A program made the translations under genes and the position numbers. This document shows positions 1 to 12,599 of a DNA stretch of 64,000 nt, in pieces. The first letter of the stretch is position 1; each line of letters starts with the position of its first letter. The notes under the pieces are model-generated. The model worked only from the letters and a program-made list of their open reading frames with translations, was not told where the DNA came from and searched no databases. The stretch is from Squalus acanthias (lineage: Eukaryota), in assembly GCA_030390025.1 (NCBI GenBank), contig CM059432.1, forward strand, positions 54,314,001 through 54,378,000, given 5' to 3'.

Positions 1-1360
1 TGCATCCTACAGTTAGTAGGCACTGCAGAAATGGTGTGCTGGTGATGGAGGGAGTGAATGTTTAAGGCAGTGGCTGGGGTGCCAATCAAATGGATTGCTT
101 TGTCCTGGACAGTATTGAGCTTCTTGAGTCTTCTTGGAGCTGTACAAATCCAGGCAAGTGAGGATTATTCCATCACACTCCTGACTTGTTGGTGGTAGAG
201 AGGCTTTGGGGAGTCAGGATGTGGTCACTCACCATAGAATACACAGCCTTTCATCTGCTCTAGTAGCCACAGTATTTATGTGGCTGGTCCAGTTCAGTTT
301 CTGGTCAATGATGATCCCTGGGAGGTTGATGGTGAGGGACTTGGCAATGTTAATCCCATTGAATGTCAAGGGAAGGTGGTTATATGCTCTCTCTTGTGGA
401 TATGTTCATTGCCTGACACTTGTGTGATGCAAATGTTACTTATCAGATGTTGTCTAGTTCTCGCTGCATGTGGCCATGGACAGCTTCATTATCTGAGGAA
501 TTGCAAATGGATCTGAACACTGTGCAATCATCAGTGAATAGCTCTACTTCTGACCTTATGATGGAGCAAAGGTCATTGATGCGGTAGCTGAAGATAGTTG
601 GGCCTAGGATGCTGCTCTGAGTAACTCCTGTGGCGATGTCCTGAGGCGGAGATGATTGGCCTCCAACAACTACAATCACCTTCCTTTGTGACAGGTATGA
701 CTCCAGGTACTGGAGAATTTTCCCCCTGATCCCCAATGACTTCGGTTTTACTAGGGCTCCTTGGTGCCACACTCAGTCAAATTCTGCCTTCATGTCAAGG
801 TCAGTCACTCTCACTTCACCTCTGGAATTCAGCTCTTGTGTCCATGTTTGTACCAAGGCTTTAATGAGGTCTGGAGCTAAGTAGTCCTGGCGGAACCCAA
901 ACTGAGCATCAGTGAGCAGGTTACTGGTGAGTAATAGCGTTTGATAGCACTGTCGATACCTTCCTTAACTTTGCTGATCATTGGGTATAGGCCAATGGGG
1001 TAGTAATTGGCCGGGTCAGATTTGTCCTGCTTTTTACGGACAGGACATACCTGAGTAATTTTTCACCATTGTCGGGTAGATGGCAGTGGTGTAGTTGAAC
1101 TGGAACAGATTAGCTAAGGGCTAGTTCTGGAACACAGGTCTTCAGCACTACAGTCAGGATATTGTCGGGGCTTGTAGCCTTTGCTGTGTGCTGTGCACTC
1201 AGCCCTTTCTTGATGTCATCTGGAAGGAATCGAATTGGTTAAAGACTAGCATCTGTGATGGTGGGGACCTCAGGAGGAGGCCAAGAAGGATCATTTACTC
1301 AGCATTTCTGGCTGGCGATGGTTGCAAACGCTTCAGCCTTGTATTTTGCACTCACATGCT
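1..1360 (-). mobile_element. Degraded non-LTR retrotransposon (CR1/L2-type LINE), RT region; same family as 30096-31234
   Basis: ORF 443..772 gives GVTQSSILGP..INDL..LFTDDCTVF (RT motifs); DNA closely matches 30420-31230. Confidence 0.85.
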
Positions 1361-1848
1361 GAGTATGAATGGGAGTCATGGTGGGAGTGAATGGTGGGCA
1401 ATGGTGCTGCTGTAATTTCTACCCTTATGGATCCAAAAATTGTTACTTGCTTTAGATTCACTGCTTTAACACTTGTAACTTCATCTGTGTAAATACAAAA
1501 TATGCTCACCAGTACAGATTCATAGCCCAGGACAGCTCTAGCAGTATAGAAGTGCAGCTATTTCCTACTAGGTTCTCACTTTATAGAAGCACCTTGGCCA
1601 CTATCATTACAACAGCAGCATCACATCTTTTTAGAGGAAATGTGATTTGTTTGCTTGACTGTGGCTGCTCCTTTGCTTTTCAGAGACACATAAAATGCTT
1701 GTGATTGTTGGCGAAATCATCAGCTCACAGTGGCTGTTGATTCCTTAAATTAGAGGCTAACATCAGATCTCTACTGGACTGTTCATATTACAGATTGGTC
1801 ACATACTCTTTTGTTGTCTATGCTTGAAACCGTCCACTTAAACACTAA

Positions 1849-2793
1849 GGGGGAAAAATTCGTGTATGGCAAGAGAATTCCCAGTGTCACCGGCAAATCG
1901 AGTTAACAGCCGCTGAAAATGGCCGCAGCGCTACCGGGCAAAAGTTTACGTTGGGGGCTGGCGACGTGTAGCGCAGCGCTAACTTACGTACAACACTCTT
2001 CTGATGGCATTAATGGAGGCCACTGACCCGAAGATCCCGTCCAGAGTCAGCATTGCAGCTTCATACAGCCTCTGGGAGCAAGGCTGTGGAGTTCACAAGG
2101 AATTATGGGCAATTAAAGGGGCTTTTAATTAAAAGGTTAATGCATTTAGAACTAATAAAAATTACAATGAAGTGAAAAAATGCAGCTTCCAGCCCTTACT
2201 GCATTTCAATAAAAAATATACCATTAAAAAGAAGTCACAAATGGGATTCTTCAGCACGTAAAGCTGAATTCCCTTCCGAACCTCAAAAAATGGGAAAAGA
2301 GCTCCAACCCTAACACAAATGGCTCAGCAAGCCAGGGAAGGGGCACCCAGGGTCTTGCCCGCAGCACTCCACCTTTGTGCAGAGACGTCCTCTACCCACA
2401 GGGGCCAGGAGGCCTTCAGGAAAGAACGATGTGGGACCAGATGACCAAGGCCATCACTGCCAGCAGTATCGCCCCCACCACCTGGCTCCAGTGCCCAAAG
2501 AAGCTTCATGACCTCAGACCACTGGTCAAGGTCAGGGAATGCATCTTCAAAAGCCGATCTCCTACCAACTGCATCACTAGCTTCACACACTTCTCAATGC
2601 ATGACTCCCCCCTCCCAATCACCACTCCACCATTTTTTTTTCAGGGCGCTACCACTTACTGGCAGCGCTACCGGAATTTGGAAATGGAGGACGCCGTGGG
2701 ACCCGCCACCAGCTGGCGAAAGACCAGCGGCCATTGCTCTTTCACCATTTTTTGCCAGTAATGGGTGGCGTTAATTCCCCGAATGTTTTGCCA
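1849..2793 (+). mobile_element. Internally deleted PIF/Harbinger element carrying exon 1 of the Myb/SANT-like gene
   Basis: TAA on both flanks; degenerate TIRs gggggaaaaattcg / cgaatgttttgcca; ORF 2375.. WDQMTKAITASSIAPTTWLQCPKKLHDLRPLVK ends at the same aag|gtcag donor as the copies at 12693 and 50617. Confidence 0.75.
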
Positions 2794-3045
2794 TAACATT
2801 TTCTATTAGTACCCACAATGAACCTCAAATACTACAATTATAATTATTACCAAAGTACAGGTTAATTTGTACTTCAATATTTCTTGAAGTACCTCCAAAT
2901 GACAAGTGCAAGACATCTATCATCACTGTGCTATCACTCTCTCCTCCCCCAAAAACCAAGGTTAACAATTTCTCTGTGTTTCAAATATATCCTTTGAGTT
3001 ATGATAAGGTATAGATAGATACCAGATTGGTACTGGTGTGAATTA

Positions 3046-3480
3046 TTGAGTAGAATGAGCCTATATTCTCTGGAGTTTAGAAGAAGGAGAGGTGATCTCA
3101 TTGAAAAGTATAAAATTCTTAGAGGGTTTTACAGGGTAGATGCTGAGAGGCTGTTTCCCCTGGCTGGGGAGTCTAGAACCAGAGGTCATATTCTCAGGTT
3201 AAGGGGTAGGCCATTTAGGACTGAGATGAGGAGGAAATTCTTCACTCAGAGGGTTGTGAATCTTTTGAATTCTCTACCCTAGAGGGCTGTGGATGCTCTT
3301 TTAAGTATATTCAAGACTGAGATCGATAGATTTTTGGACACTAGGGGAATCAAGGGATATGAGGATAGGGCGAGAAAGTGGAGTTGAGGTAGAAGATCAG
3401 CCATAATCTTATTGAATGGCAGAGCAGGCTTGAAGTGCTGTATGGTCTACTCCTGCTCCTATTTCTTATGTTGTTATGAA
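3046..3480 (+). mobile_element. CR1 LINE 3' fragment
   Basis: LYSLEFRRRRGDLIE..FFTQRVVNLLNSLP (CR1 ORF2 C-terminus), CR1 3'UTR and ttcttatg tail. Confidence 0.9.
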
Positions 3481-5504
3481 CACAGCACACACTACCAGTC
3501 CTGGACCTCAAGAAGAGATGTGCAGGTTCAAGCCAAATCTCCCAAAAGTCATGGCTCTTCTTTTAAGTGTTTGTATCCTTTCCATATTCACAGATTTGAT
3601 ATTGATAATCTTGAAATACAGTTATTTTATTTTTGTGCACTCAAAGTATCATTTTATTCAAGGTCACAAAGAGCAGTTTCACGTCACAAGATAAATGTGA
3701 ATGATGTGATTGCTGTGCATTTCTGATTTGCTTTCTCATCAATATGTCAGGACTTTATCAGGGCACCAAGAAGGAGATGGCCTCATGGAGCACAGTGAAA
3801 ATGCAAACAATGAGGACATTCTATCCTGCATCGATGGAGAAACAGGGATGGCTAAAGACTGCCAGAAATCAGTGGTATGTCAGCAATATACACCCTTAAA
3901 AATGTTTTTAATGTTTTTTCGTACTTGTATACAGCCAAGAGATGCTATAAGTTATATCACAGGAGGAGGTGTTCCTGAAGATCCTTCAAAATTTAGGTGA
4001 CAATATCTCACACAACTTGAACCGTTATGGGGTTCCTTGGTAGGTTCAGGGAAATTCCTGTCTCCCTGGGAAATCTATTTTTCAGCTCATGCACTATGTC
4101 GCTGAAATAAACATTAATATTACAGTCATAAGGCTATTCAAACTTCAGGAATAGTTTTATTATAGTAATATCAACTCTAAACTATAAAATCCTGAAAACA
4201 TAATAAAATAACAACACTGTAAGGACTTTTCTCACCCTGTCATACCTTTCTCTCTTCCCTATTCTCTTCAAATTTTAACTTTAATTTTACTATTTTTGTA
4301 ATCTGTTCTACTTCTAATCCACTTCTCCTAATCCATTTTCCTACTTCATTAAGGTAAAATGTTAAACTTTGTCTGTTGCCGCCGCCCTGCCTTCACCATT
4401 CATTTTGGAGGCAGGAACAACATTTTTTTAATGGTTTGAACTGTCTAAAAACCAGCTGTGAGGCTCAGTTTTCCAGATTTTCAAAACTGATAGTCACATC
4501 TATTCTTCACAAATAATGCCCAAATATACGAAAGTGCAAGACAGCACCTGAATAAATTGACAGGGTTTGAACAATTAACACAACAGCCTCTTCTACCTCA
4601 GTGCCATCTTACACCACTGTGAAGGATGGCTTGAATACCATTGTGGGGTTCCATAAATATTATAACATTCTTTCCAACCTCTGTTAAATTATTTGTTAGT
4701 TATTTTTAATATGAAAGTCGAATTGAAGAAATATATAACAGCAACATGATTGAAATCCCAGAATATTTACTGCACAGTGGTGCTTTTTGAGACAACTAAG
4801 CACTTTCATCTAATTATGTTGTTTTCTGTACAGGTATCTGCTAAGGTCCTTCAGGAGTTTCTATTGCGTCAGATCATTGGCTTGAATTTACCAATAAGTG
4901 TGCTGGCTGTTTCTGAAAATATATAGCAGAGCAGACTGATATGGCAAAGTATATTTTCCAGTCTGATTTTCAAAGTGAAGTAGTGAAACATTCTTGATGA
5001 AGAGGGCAGAAATGTTTATCCTACAAAGTATTTCTGTTATTGCTACCAATAATGTGTTCGATCAAACACGCATTGCACTGTGAGAAAATGAAAAGAAACC
5101 ATATCTCAATATTTTGTACAATTGAATCATTACCAGTACATTTCCTGCTGCCCTAAGAATGATCAGATGGTTTAAAACTTATCTTGGCACATTCTCAGTA
5201 TTGTTCCAAAACATCTCCAGACAACATAAAATCTATTTTGCTCTTTTACCTATAACAGCAGCATGACAGTATTGACGCCATTGAGATAGGCAGCATTAAA
5301 CTCACTTACAACTGTTGCGTTGCACTTGCAGACACCCGAGGTTGTGATTGTACAAGACTCTCCAAATTAGAGCTAAAACCTAGAGCAATTGGCCAAACAC
5401 GTCCAGCTTAGTTATTGCTATGTGTTGAATTTACACTAGTTACCTTCTCAAAGAATCCCAGTAGATTACTAAGGCATTACATAGTGCTTAACAGGAAGAA
5501 AGGA

Positions 5505-5932
5505 GAACCTGCATTTTATATAGCATGTTACATGTCCTCACCATGTCCTAAGGTACTTTACAGCTAATAAAGTACTCTTGAAGTATAATCACTATTATGT
5601 AGGCAAGCATGGCACTCAATTTACACACAGCCAGGTCCTACAAACAGCAATGAAATAAATGACCAGATCATTTGTTTTTTTAGAGATGTTATATGATGTT
5701 AAATGTTGGGCAGGACAGTGGGAGAACTTGCCAGCTCTTCTTTGAATAGTGCTGTAGAATCTTATATCTGAGAAGGCAGACAGGGCCTTGGTTTAACATC
5801 TCATCTGAAAGACAGCACCTCCAGTGCAGCACTCCCTTGGCACTACACTGAAGTGTCAGTCTAGATTATGTGCTATCAAGTCTGGAGTGAGGCTTGAATC
5901 CATGACTTTCTGACTCAGAGGTGAGAGCCAAG
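5505..5932 (-). mobile_element. tRNA-headed DeuSINE (SacSINE1-like), degraded
   Basis: Reverse complement matches the SINE at 55884-56335 (head, central domain, tail). Confidence 0.8.
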
Positions 5933-7287
5933 GCTTCTAATTTTATATTGACTGCTGCATAAACTTTTTAAATGAACACTAATAACATCTCAGTAAATAC
6001 TCAAACATGTTCCCCACTACGAGGCCTGCCTCAAGTTCATTCACCTTGTGTTCGCCTTGGATATTGTATTGAAGCTAATACAACATGAATGCCCAAGATC
6101 ATTTCCTGTAGGATTCTTATAGCCAACAGTTTTAGTTGGATTCCAAAATAGGTCTCACCAAAGGGTAGATCTGGTGGAAGGTCTCTAATCAGTATCAAAA
6201 ACATAAAGCTTTGCAGCTGTATTTTCCTGCACTATCCTGCCCCAAATTAGGTGGGATAGCAGTGGAAATAGCAAGAAAATGGGGTGTTGAAGCCTATTAC
6301 CACCTCCCTGCCCCAAGTTTAACTTCCCTCACCACCCCCGCCCACTCCCCAACTGGGACAGCCGACACATGCCACCCATCTCTTGCAAATACTAGTGGGG
6401 CTCAGGGCCTAAAGTCCCAGAGGATGTTCCTCCCATTCTCCACTCTTACCACTGCTCCACTAGAGAAAGATGAAACTTGGCCCAGGGTAGCAATGGTAAG
6501 GCCCCAAATTTTCTAAATGGAGAGAGAGGACCTAGTTGAAACCTCCTCTCTTTCTAATTTGGCTCCCATACACTTACTTTTGTGGGCCTCAGTCTCTGCT
6601 AAAGCCTACAAAGCTGATAAGTGTGTTCATCTTTGTAGCTATTCTGCCTCTTTAAGGTCCCTCTCCACCTCTTCTGGTGCTACAACGGTAGTCCCACTGC
6701 AGCACTACCTCATTCTCCTCATCGCCATTGGTGGGCTCCCTTTTGAGCAGCATGAAGCCTACTGTGCATCCCAAATTACGCCTTCCCAGGAAAATGGAAA
6801 TTCCCAGCTTGGTCTCTCGGACTGGGTATTTCAGTGTAATACCCACTCAGAGAGACTAATGTTTTATGTTGTTGATGCTGATCATAGGCTTTCCACCAGA
6901 GCTGTTTCACTATCAGTCAGGATTACAAGGCACCGCTTCAATTGAAGTTGGTAGCTACATACTTTGAATTGTATCATTTTAGGAATGTCCTAAAAGAAAA
7001 TGTGTAATTAATTTTATAGAGCATGTAGTACTACACATCACATTGCTTCACATCAACACAAAGGCCTAGATATTAACAGGGGCGGTTTACGTAGGTGGGG
7101 GCAGAGTTTAAGATGGGAAACGCGGAAATCTGGTTTGCCCTGCGTGCTGTGGAGTTTTAACTCCTGAGCATGTGTCTTTTGTCCTTGACAGGTTCCCCAC
7201 CCGGAAGTTAGCCTGACTGAGGGGCTTGGCTTCAGTCGGGCCGGTGCACTCCAGAACAGGCCGCAGGACTAGATAGGTCCAATCCAC

Positions 7288-9603
7288 AAATGAAGCTGGG
7301 CAGGTAGAAGGCGTATCAGTGGGGGAGCATTTTGGTGCTAGTGACCATAATTCTGTTAGATTTAAGGTAGTTATGGAAAAGGACAAGGATAGACCAGGAA
7401 TAAAAATTCTAAATTGGGGAAAAGCAAATTTTGCTAAGCTCAGAGGGGATTTAGCCATAGTGGACTGGAAACAGCTACTTGAAGGATAAATCAGTGTCAG
7501 AGCAGTGGGAGGCATTCAAAGAGGAGATCTGGAGGGTTCAGACCAAACATGTGCCCTTAAAGAAAAAAGGTGGGAATAACAAATCTAGAGCCCCCTGGAC
7601 ATACAGGGTAGGATAAAGAAAAAAAGGGAGGCGTATGACAGATTCCGAGGGCTAAATACTCCAGAATCTTTAGAGGAGTACAGAAAGTGCAGGGGTGCAA
7701 TTAAAAAGGATATTAGGAAAGCAAAGAGAGAACATGAAAAATTCTTGGCAAGTAAAATCAAGGAAAACCCAAAGATGTTTTATAAATATATTAAGAGTAA
7801 GAGGATAACTAAAAAAAGGGTAGGGCAGATTAGAGATCATGAGGGTAATCTGTGTGTGGAGGTGGGAGACGTCGGTAGGGTTCTTAATGAATATTTTGCG
7901 TCTGTTTTCACAAAGGAGAGGGGCGAAGCAGACATTGCTATCGAGGGGGAGGAGTGTGAAATATTAGATGAAATAAACATAGTGAGAGAGGAAGTATTAA
8001 GGGATTTAGCAGCTTTAAAAGTGGATAAATCCCCAGGCCCGGATGAAATGTATCCGAGGCTATTAAGTGAAGCAAAAGAGGAAATAGCAGAGGCCCTGGC
8101 CATCATTTTTCAATCCTCTCTGGCTTCAGGTGTGGTGGCCAGAGGACTGGAGGACTGCTAATGTGGTACCCTTGTTTAAAAAGGGAGAAAAGGATAGACC
8201 GAGTAATTACAGGCCAGTCAGCCTAATCTCGGTGGTGGGAAAATTATTGGAAAGAATTCTGAAGGACAGGATAAATCTTCATTTAGAAAGACACGGATTA
8301 ATCAAGGATAGTCAGCACGGATTTGTTAAGGGACGGTCATGTCTGACAAACTTGATTGAATTTTTTGAGGAGGTAACAAGGAGGGTAGATGAGGGTAGTG
8401 CGTTTGATGTAGTTTTTATGGACTTTAGCAAGGCTTTTGATAAGATTCCACATGGCAGACTAGTCACGAAGTTAAAAGCCCATGGGATCCAGGGCAAAGT
8501 GTCAAGTTGGATTCAAAACTGGCTCGGAGACAGGAAGCAGAGGGTGATGGTTGATGGGTGTTATTGTGACTGGAAGGCTGTTTACAGTGGGGTTCCGCAG
8601 GGCTCAGTACTAGGTCCCTTGCTTTTTATGGTATATATCAATGATCTTGACTTGAATATAGGGGGTATGATTAAGAAGTTTGCAGATGATACTAAAATCG
8701 GCTGTGTGGTTGATACTGAAGAAGCAAGCTGTAGACTGCAGGAAGATATCAATAAATTGGTCAGGTGGGCAGAACAGTGGCAAACGGAATTCAATCTGGA
8801 GAAGTGTGAGGTAATGCATCTGGGGAGGGCTAACAAGGAAAGGGAATACACATTAAATGGTAGGACACTGAGTAGCGTAGAGGAACAAAGGGACCTTGGA
8901 GTGCATGTCCACAGATCCCTGAAGGTAGCAGGCCAAGTAGATAAGGTGGTTAAGAAGGCATACAGAATGCTTGCCTTTATTAGCCGTGGCATAGAATACA
9001 AGAGCAGGGGGGTTATGCTTCAACTGTATAAAACATTAGTTAGACCTCAGCTAGAGTACTGCATGCAGTTCTGGTCACCACATTACAGGAAAGATGCGAT
9101 TGCACTAGAGAGGGTACAGAGGAGATTTACAAGGATGTTGCCGGGAGTAGAGAATCTTAGCTATGAGGAAAGACTGGATAGGCTGGGTCTGTTTTCCTTG
9201 GAACAGAGGAGGCTGAGGGGAGACCTTATTGAGGTGTATAAAATTATGAGGGGCATAGATAAAGTGGATAGAAAGGACCTATTTCCCTTAGCAGAGGGGT
9301 CAAAAACCAGGGGGCATAGATTTAAAATAATTTGGAGAAGGTTTAGAGGGGATTTGAGTGGAAATTTCTTCACCCAGAGGGATGTGGGGGTCTGGAACTC
9401 ACTGCCTGAAAGGGTGGTAGAGGCAGGAACCCTAACCACATTTAAAAAGTACTTGGATGTGCACTTGTGATGCTGCAACCTGCAGGGCTATGGACCAAGA
9501 GCTGGGAAGTGGGATTAGGCTGGATAGCTCTTTGTTGGCTGGCACGGACACGATGGGTCGAAATGGCCTCCTTCCTTGCTGTAACTTTCTATGATTCTAT
9601 GAC
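7288..9603 (+). mobile_element. 5'-truncated CR1 LINE (end of endonuclease domain through RT and 3'UTR)
   Basis: ORFs 7745..8161 and 8130..9470; ttctatga tail at about 9587-9602. Confidence 0.95.
8130..9470 (+). pseudogene. CR1 ORF2 reverse-transcriptase region, open for 446 aa; frameshift near 8140 and no 5' end
   Basis: [46 protein letters not shown] motifs. Confidence 0.9.
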
Positions 9604-10369
9604 CCCGTGGAGGTCCAATCCTGGGGGGTAGTGGGCGGTCCAATCCCCAACCCCAGGAGCCTTTGCATGGGCAAGGGGCTGATGCGGGGGAAGGGGGGGG
9701 AGCTTGAGGGGGCTTGGGGGGAAGCACTCCTGCTCCTCCTGGCCCACAGTGCTGTAAAGTCACTTATCTTCTCCCAGAAGTTGTCCTTGCCTCTCTTCAG
9801 CTGCCGGGTTTCCCAAGGCCTGGAAAACCCGGCAAGCCACAGTTAAACTTGTAAAACAGGTTAAATCAGAGGCTGCCAGCCTCATCAAAATATTTAAATG
9901 CCCATCCCTTGTGCCGCGTCCGTTAAACCCAGAAGTGGATGGGTTGGAGGTAGATTGAGGTTGGATTTGAGATTTAAAATTTTTTAACCTCTGACCTATT
10001 TTTGGGTGTTAAAATCCAACCCAAAGTGTGTAATGTCAACCGAATCAATCTTAGACAATTGGTGTGTAGCCATCTCAGGAAGCTAGTCTCGCACCGAGTT
10101 ACTTTCAGTTTTAATTTTAATGTTAGCAGAAAGCAGACAGAACAGTTTAACTGGCATTCAGATGTCAACGAGCACAGCTGTTGAGATGCATGCTTGCATA
10201 AGATATTTTCTTTGCAATGCAGAGCTACTCGTATAACTCAGGGCTGCTGGTCTCAAACCAACACATGTAGTATGACAACACCCACAGACTTTAATTGTCT
10301 TGAAAAACGTAACTCATTTAAAGTTACCTAATCCAGATTTAATTTTGGTACTTTGTGCTGTTTTGACCA

Positions 10370-10860
10370 CCGATTATAGTAAAAGATATTAAAGCAATAG
10401 AGAGTATACAGCATAGATTCACCAGAATGATGTCAGGGATAGGAAACTATAGTTATGAGGAGAGTCTTGTGTTACGAGGAGTATTTCCACTGGAGCAGAC
10501 AAGGCTAAGGAGATTTAATGGAGGTTCTGGGTTTTGAAAGAGGGAATAGGGAAAAACCATTTTCTCTGGTTGAGCAGTCAGTGATAACGGACCTTCAACT
10601 TAAAAAGGGAGTGAGGAGAAAAGTTAGGAGAAATGTCTTAATACACAGGTTATTGGAGCACATAATCACAGGGGGTTATATAATTGCAGAGACCAATGCA
10701 TCTTTTAAGCGAAAATTTAATAAATATCTGAGCAGAGGAAGATACACAATTATGGGTAGAAAATGGGCAGTGAGATTAATTTTGGATTGCTCTGGTAAAG
10801 AAGCAACACAGACACAATGGGCCAAATGGCGTCCTTCTGTGCTTTTAAGCTTCTATAGTT
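10370..10860 (+). mobile_element. Old, degraded CR1 3' fragment
   Basis: agattcaccagaatga..tatagttatgaggagag and residual similarity to the CR1 C-terminus and 3'UTR. Confidence 0.7.
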
Positions 10861-10974
10861 TAAAGCGATTTTGTATGGTTGCAACTAAAGCTATGAATAG
10901 TGAATTTGTATATTTTGCCATATAATTTATAGTTGTATCTGCAATAGTTTACATTTAAAGTACATACATTGGCA

Positions 10975-12060
10975 GAAGAACCAGAAGCAACATGAAAACT
11001 TTTTAATGCAATGAGTGGTTAGGATTTTGAATACACTGCCTGATAGGGTGGTGGATACAGATTCAATAGTAGCCTTCAAAAGGGAATTGGATAAATACTT
11101 GAAGGAGAAAAAAAATGGCAGGGATATGGAGAAAGAGCGGAGGAGTGGGACCAACCTTGGAGAGCTTAAGCCGAGAGCACAGCAGAGTGAGCTGGGAAGA
11201 GTCAGGACTTCTAATTTGGGAATTTGGTGAGAGTGGGAAAACCAGGGGCGAGTAGAAGAGAAACAGTGGTTAAGCAGTGGGTAAATAGTACAGATATTGT
11301 GTTTTTTATCAAACTGAAATGTAAGCCTAGCTTTAACTTAAAAATTACATGTCAGTAGGCAGTTAACTGTCAGTCACTGTAAGTAGGTCACTGGCCAGGT
11401 GTTAATTAGCTATTGTATAGCTGGGGGCTGACTAACCATTGAAACTGGTTTGTGTCTGAAAGGTATATGAAGGGTGATACTTACGAGAACCCAGCAGAGT
11501 GAGCCAGTAACGGAGTGAGCTCGGAACAGAGTGAGGACTTCTTGAATGAGAACTTGGTGAAGGTGGGAAGGAGGCGCTCAATAAATTAACTGAGGAAGAA
11601 AAGCTGATGTGCTAATAATGCCAGCTCAGAGTCGTTGAGCTGGAGTATGAGTTAGAGACACTCCAACACATAAGGGAGGGGAAGGAATATCTGGACAGTT
11701 TACTCCAGAGCACAGTCACATCGCATAGACAGATACAGGTACAGGAAGAGGAGTGTGTGACTGAGACAGCAGGGTAGAGGAACCAAGTGGAGGAACAGAA
11801 GGAGAAACTGCAGAATCTGGTCCGGTCCAACAGGTACAATGCACTTGCCAGTTGTGGGAATAAGGAAGAAGGCTGCAGGGAGATTGGCCAGAATGCAAAC
11901 CAAGGCACTTTGGAGCTGCAGGCAGTCTCAGGAGGGGGAAGAGCAGAACAGAAAGATTGTATTTACAGGGGAATCAATAGGGGGATAGAGGGTATTCTCT
12001 ACAGTTGAGATCAGGAGTCAAGGAGGGTGCGTTGCAAGGATAAGGGATATCTCAAAGTGA
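10975..12060 (+). mobile_element. CR1 3' fragment (about 10975-11150) joined to a CR1 5'UTR/ORF1 fragment
   Basis: NTLPDRVVDTDSIVAFKRELDKYL; then ELEYELETL..IREGKEYLDSLLQ and SNRYNALA, similar to the ORF1 pieces at 42189-43838. Confidence 0.7.
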
Positions 12061-12064
12061 CTGG

Positions 12065-12545
12065 AATAGAACAGGCAAGAAGCAGAGGAGCAGGAGCATG
12101 AGGAAGGGAGGATGAGGAGGAGGAGCAAGTGGAGGAGGAGAAAGAGGAGGAACTTGAACAGAAAGTGGAGGAAGAGGAAGTGGAAGGGAGGTTACAATGT
12201 AGACAGACCCTTTCTGCCCGGGCTCTATGTGCTCAAATAATTTATGAGTGATATCAGTAACCTCAACCACACCTTCCCATTCACCAACAGTCCCACACTC
12301 CTTACCTTTCCTCTATCACTGACCATCACATCGTCTTCTTTCCGACAACACAAAAATAAAAAACACCAGAAAATGCATATTCTAATCCAATTTGATAAAT
12401 TCGCTCATGATATAATGCATACAAAATTAAACCAGTCACCCTTGAGCATTCCCTTAGTGCCTGTCTTCCATGTGCCTTTCCCTATCCTACTGCTCCTACA
12501 AGGTGCTTCCCCAGTGGCTGCAGCATGGGTAGTGGAAGGCTGCTA
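12065..12545. mobile_element. Central junction of a Harbinger copy (transposase 3' end on +, Myb-like gene 3' end on -)
   Basis: Glu-rich repeat and UTR resemble 38000-38245; 12440-12545 matches 45180-45290 and the reverse complement of 14320-14415. Confidence 0.7.
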
Positions 12546-12599
12546 GAGATTGAGATTGTTGGAAAGTGGGTGATGGGGGGGTGTAGAGAATTGAACAGT

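Larger units (their letters stand above)
7063..10022. mobile_element. Harbinger-type MITE split by a CR1 insertion
   Basis: TIRs ggcctagatattaaca / tgttaaaatccaaccc; AAA TSD at 7060-7062 and 10023-10025. Confidence 0.7.

Noticed and set aside
3710..4000. ORF with a possible AG..GT exon (about 3751-3874) in non-repeat DNA
   Set aside because: No recognisable protein in any frame and no partner exons; cannot be supported without a homology or RNA search.
4820..4930. Pyrimidine tract plus cag acceptor-like site followed by a short open frame
   Set aside because: The frame stops within about 30 codons and has no clear donor or known motif.
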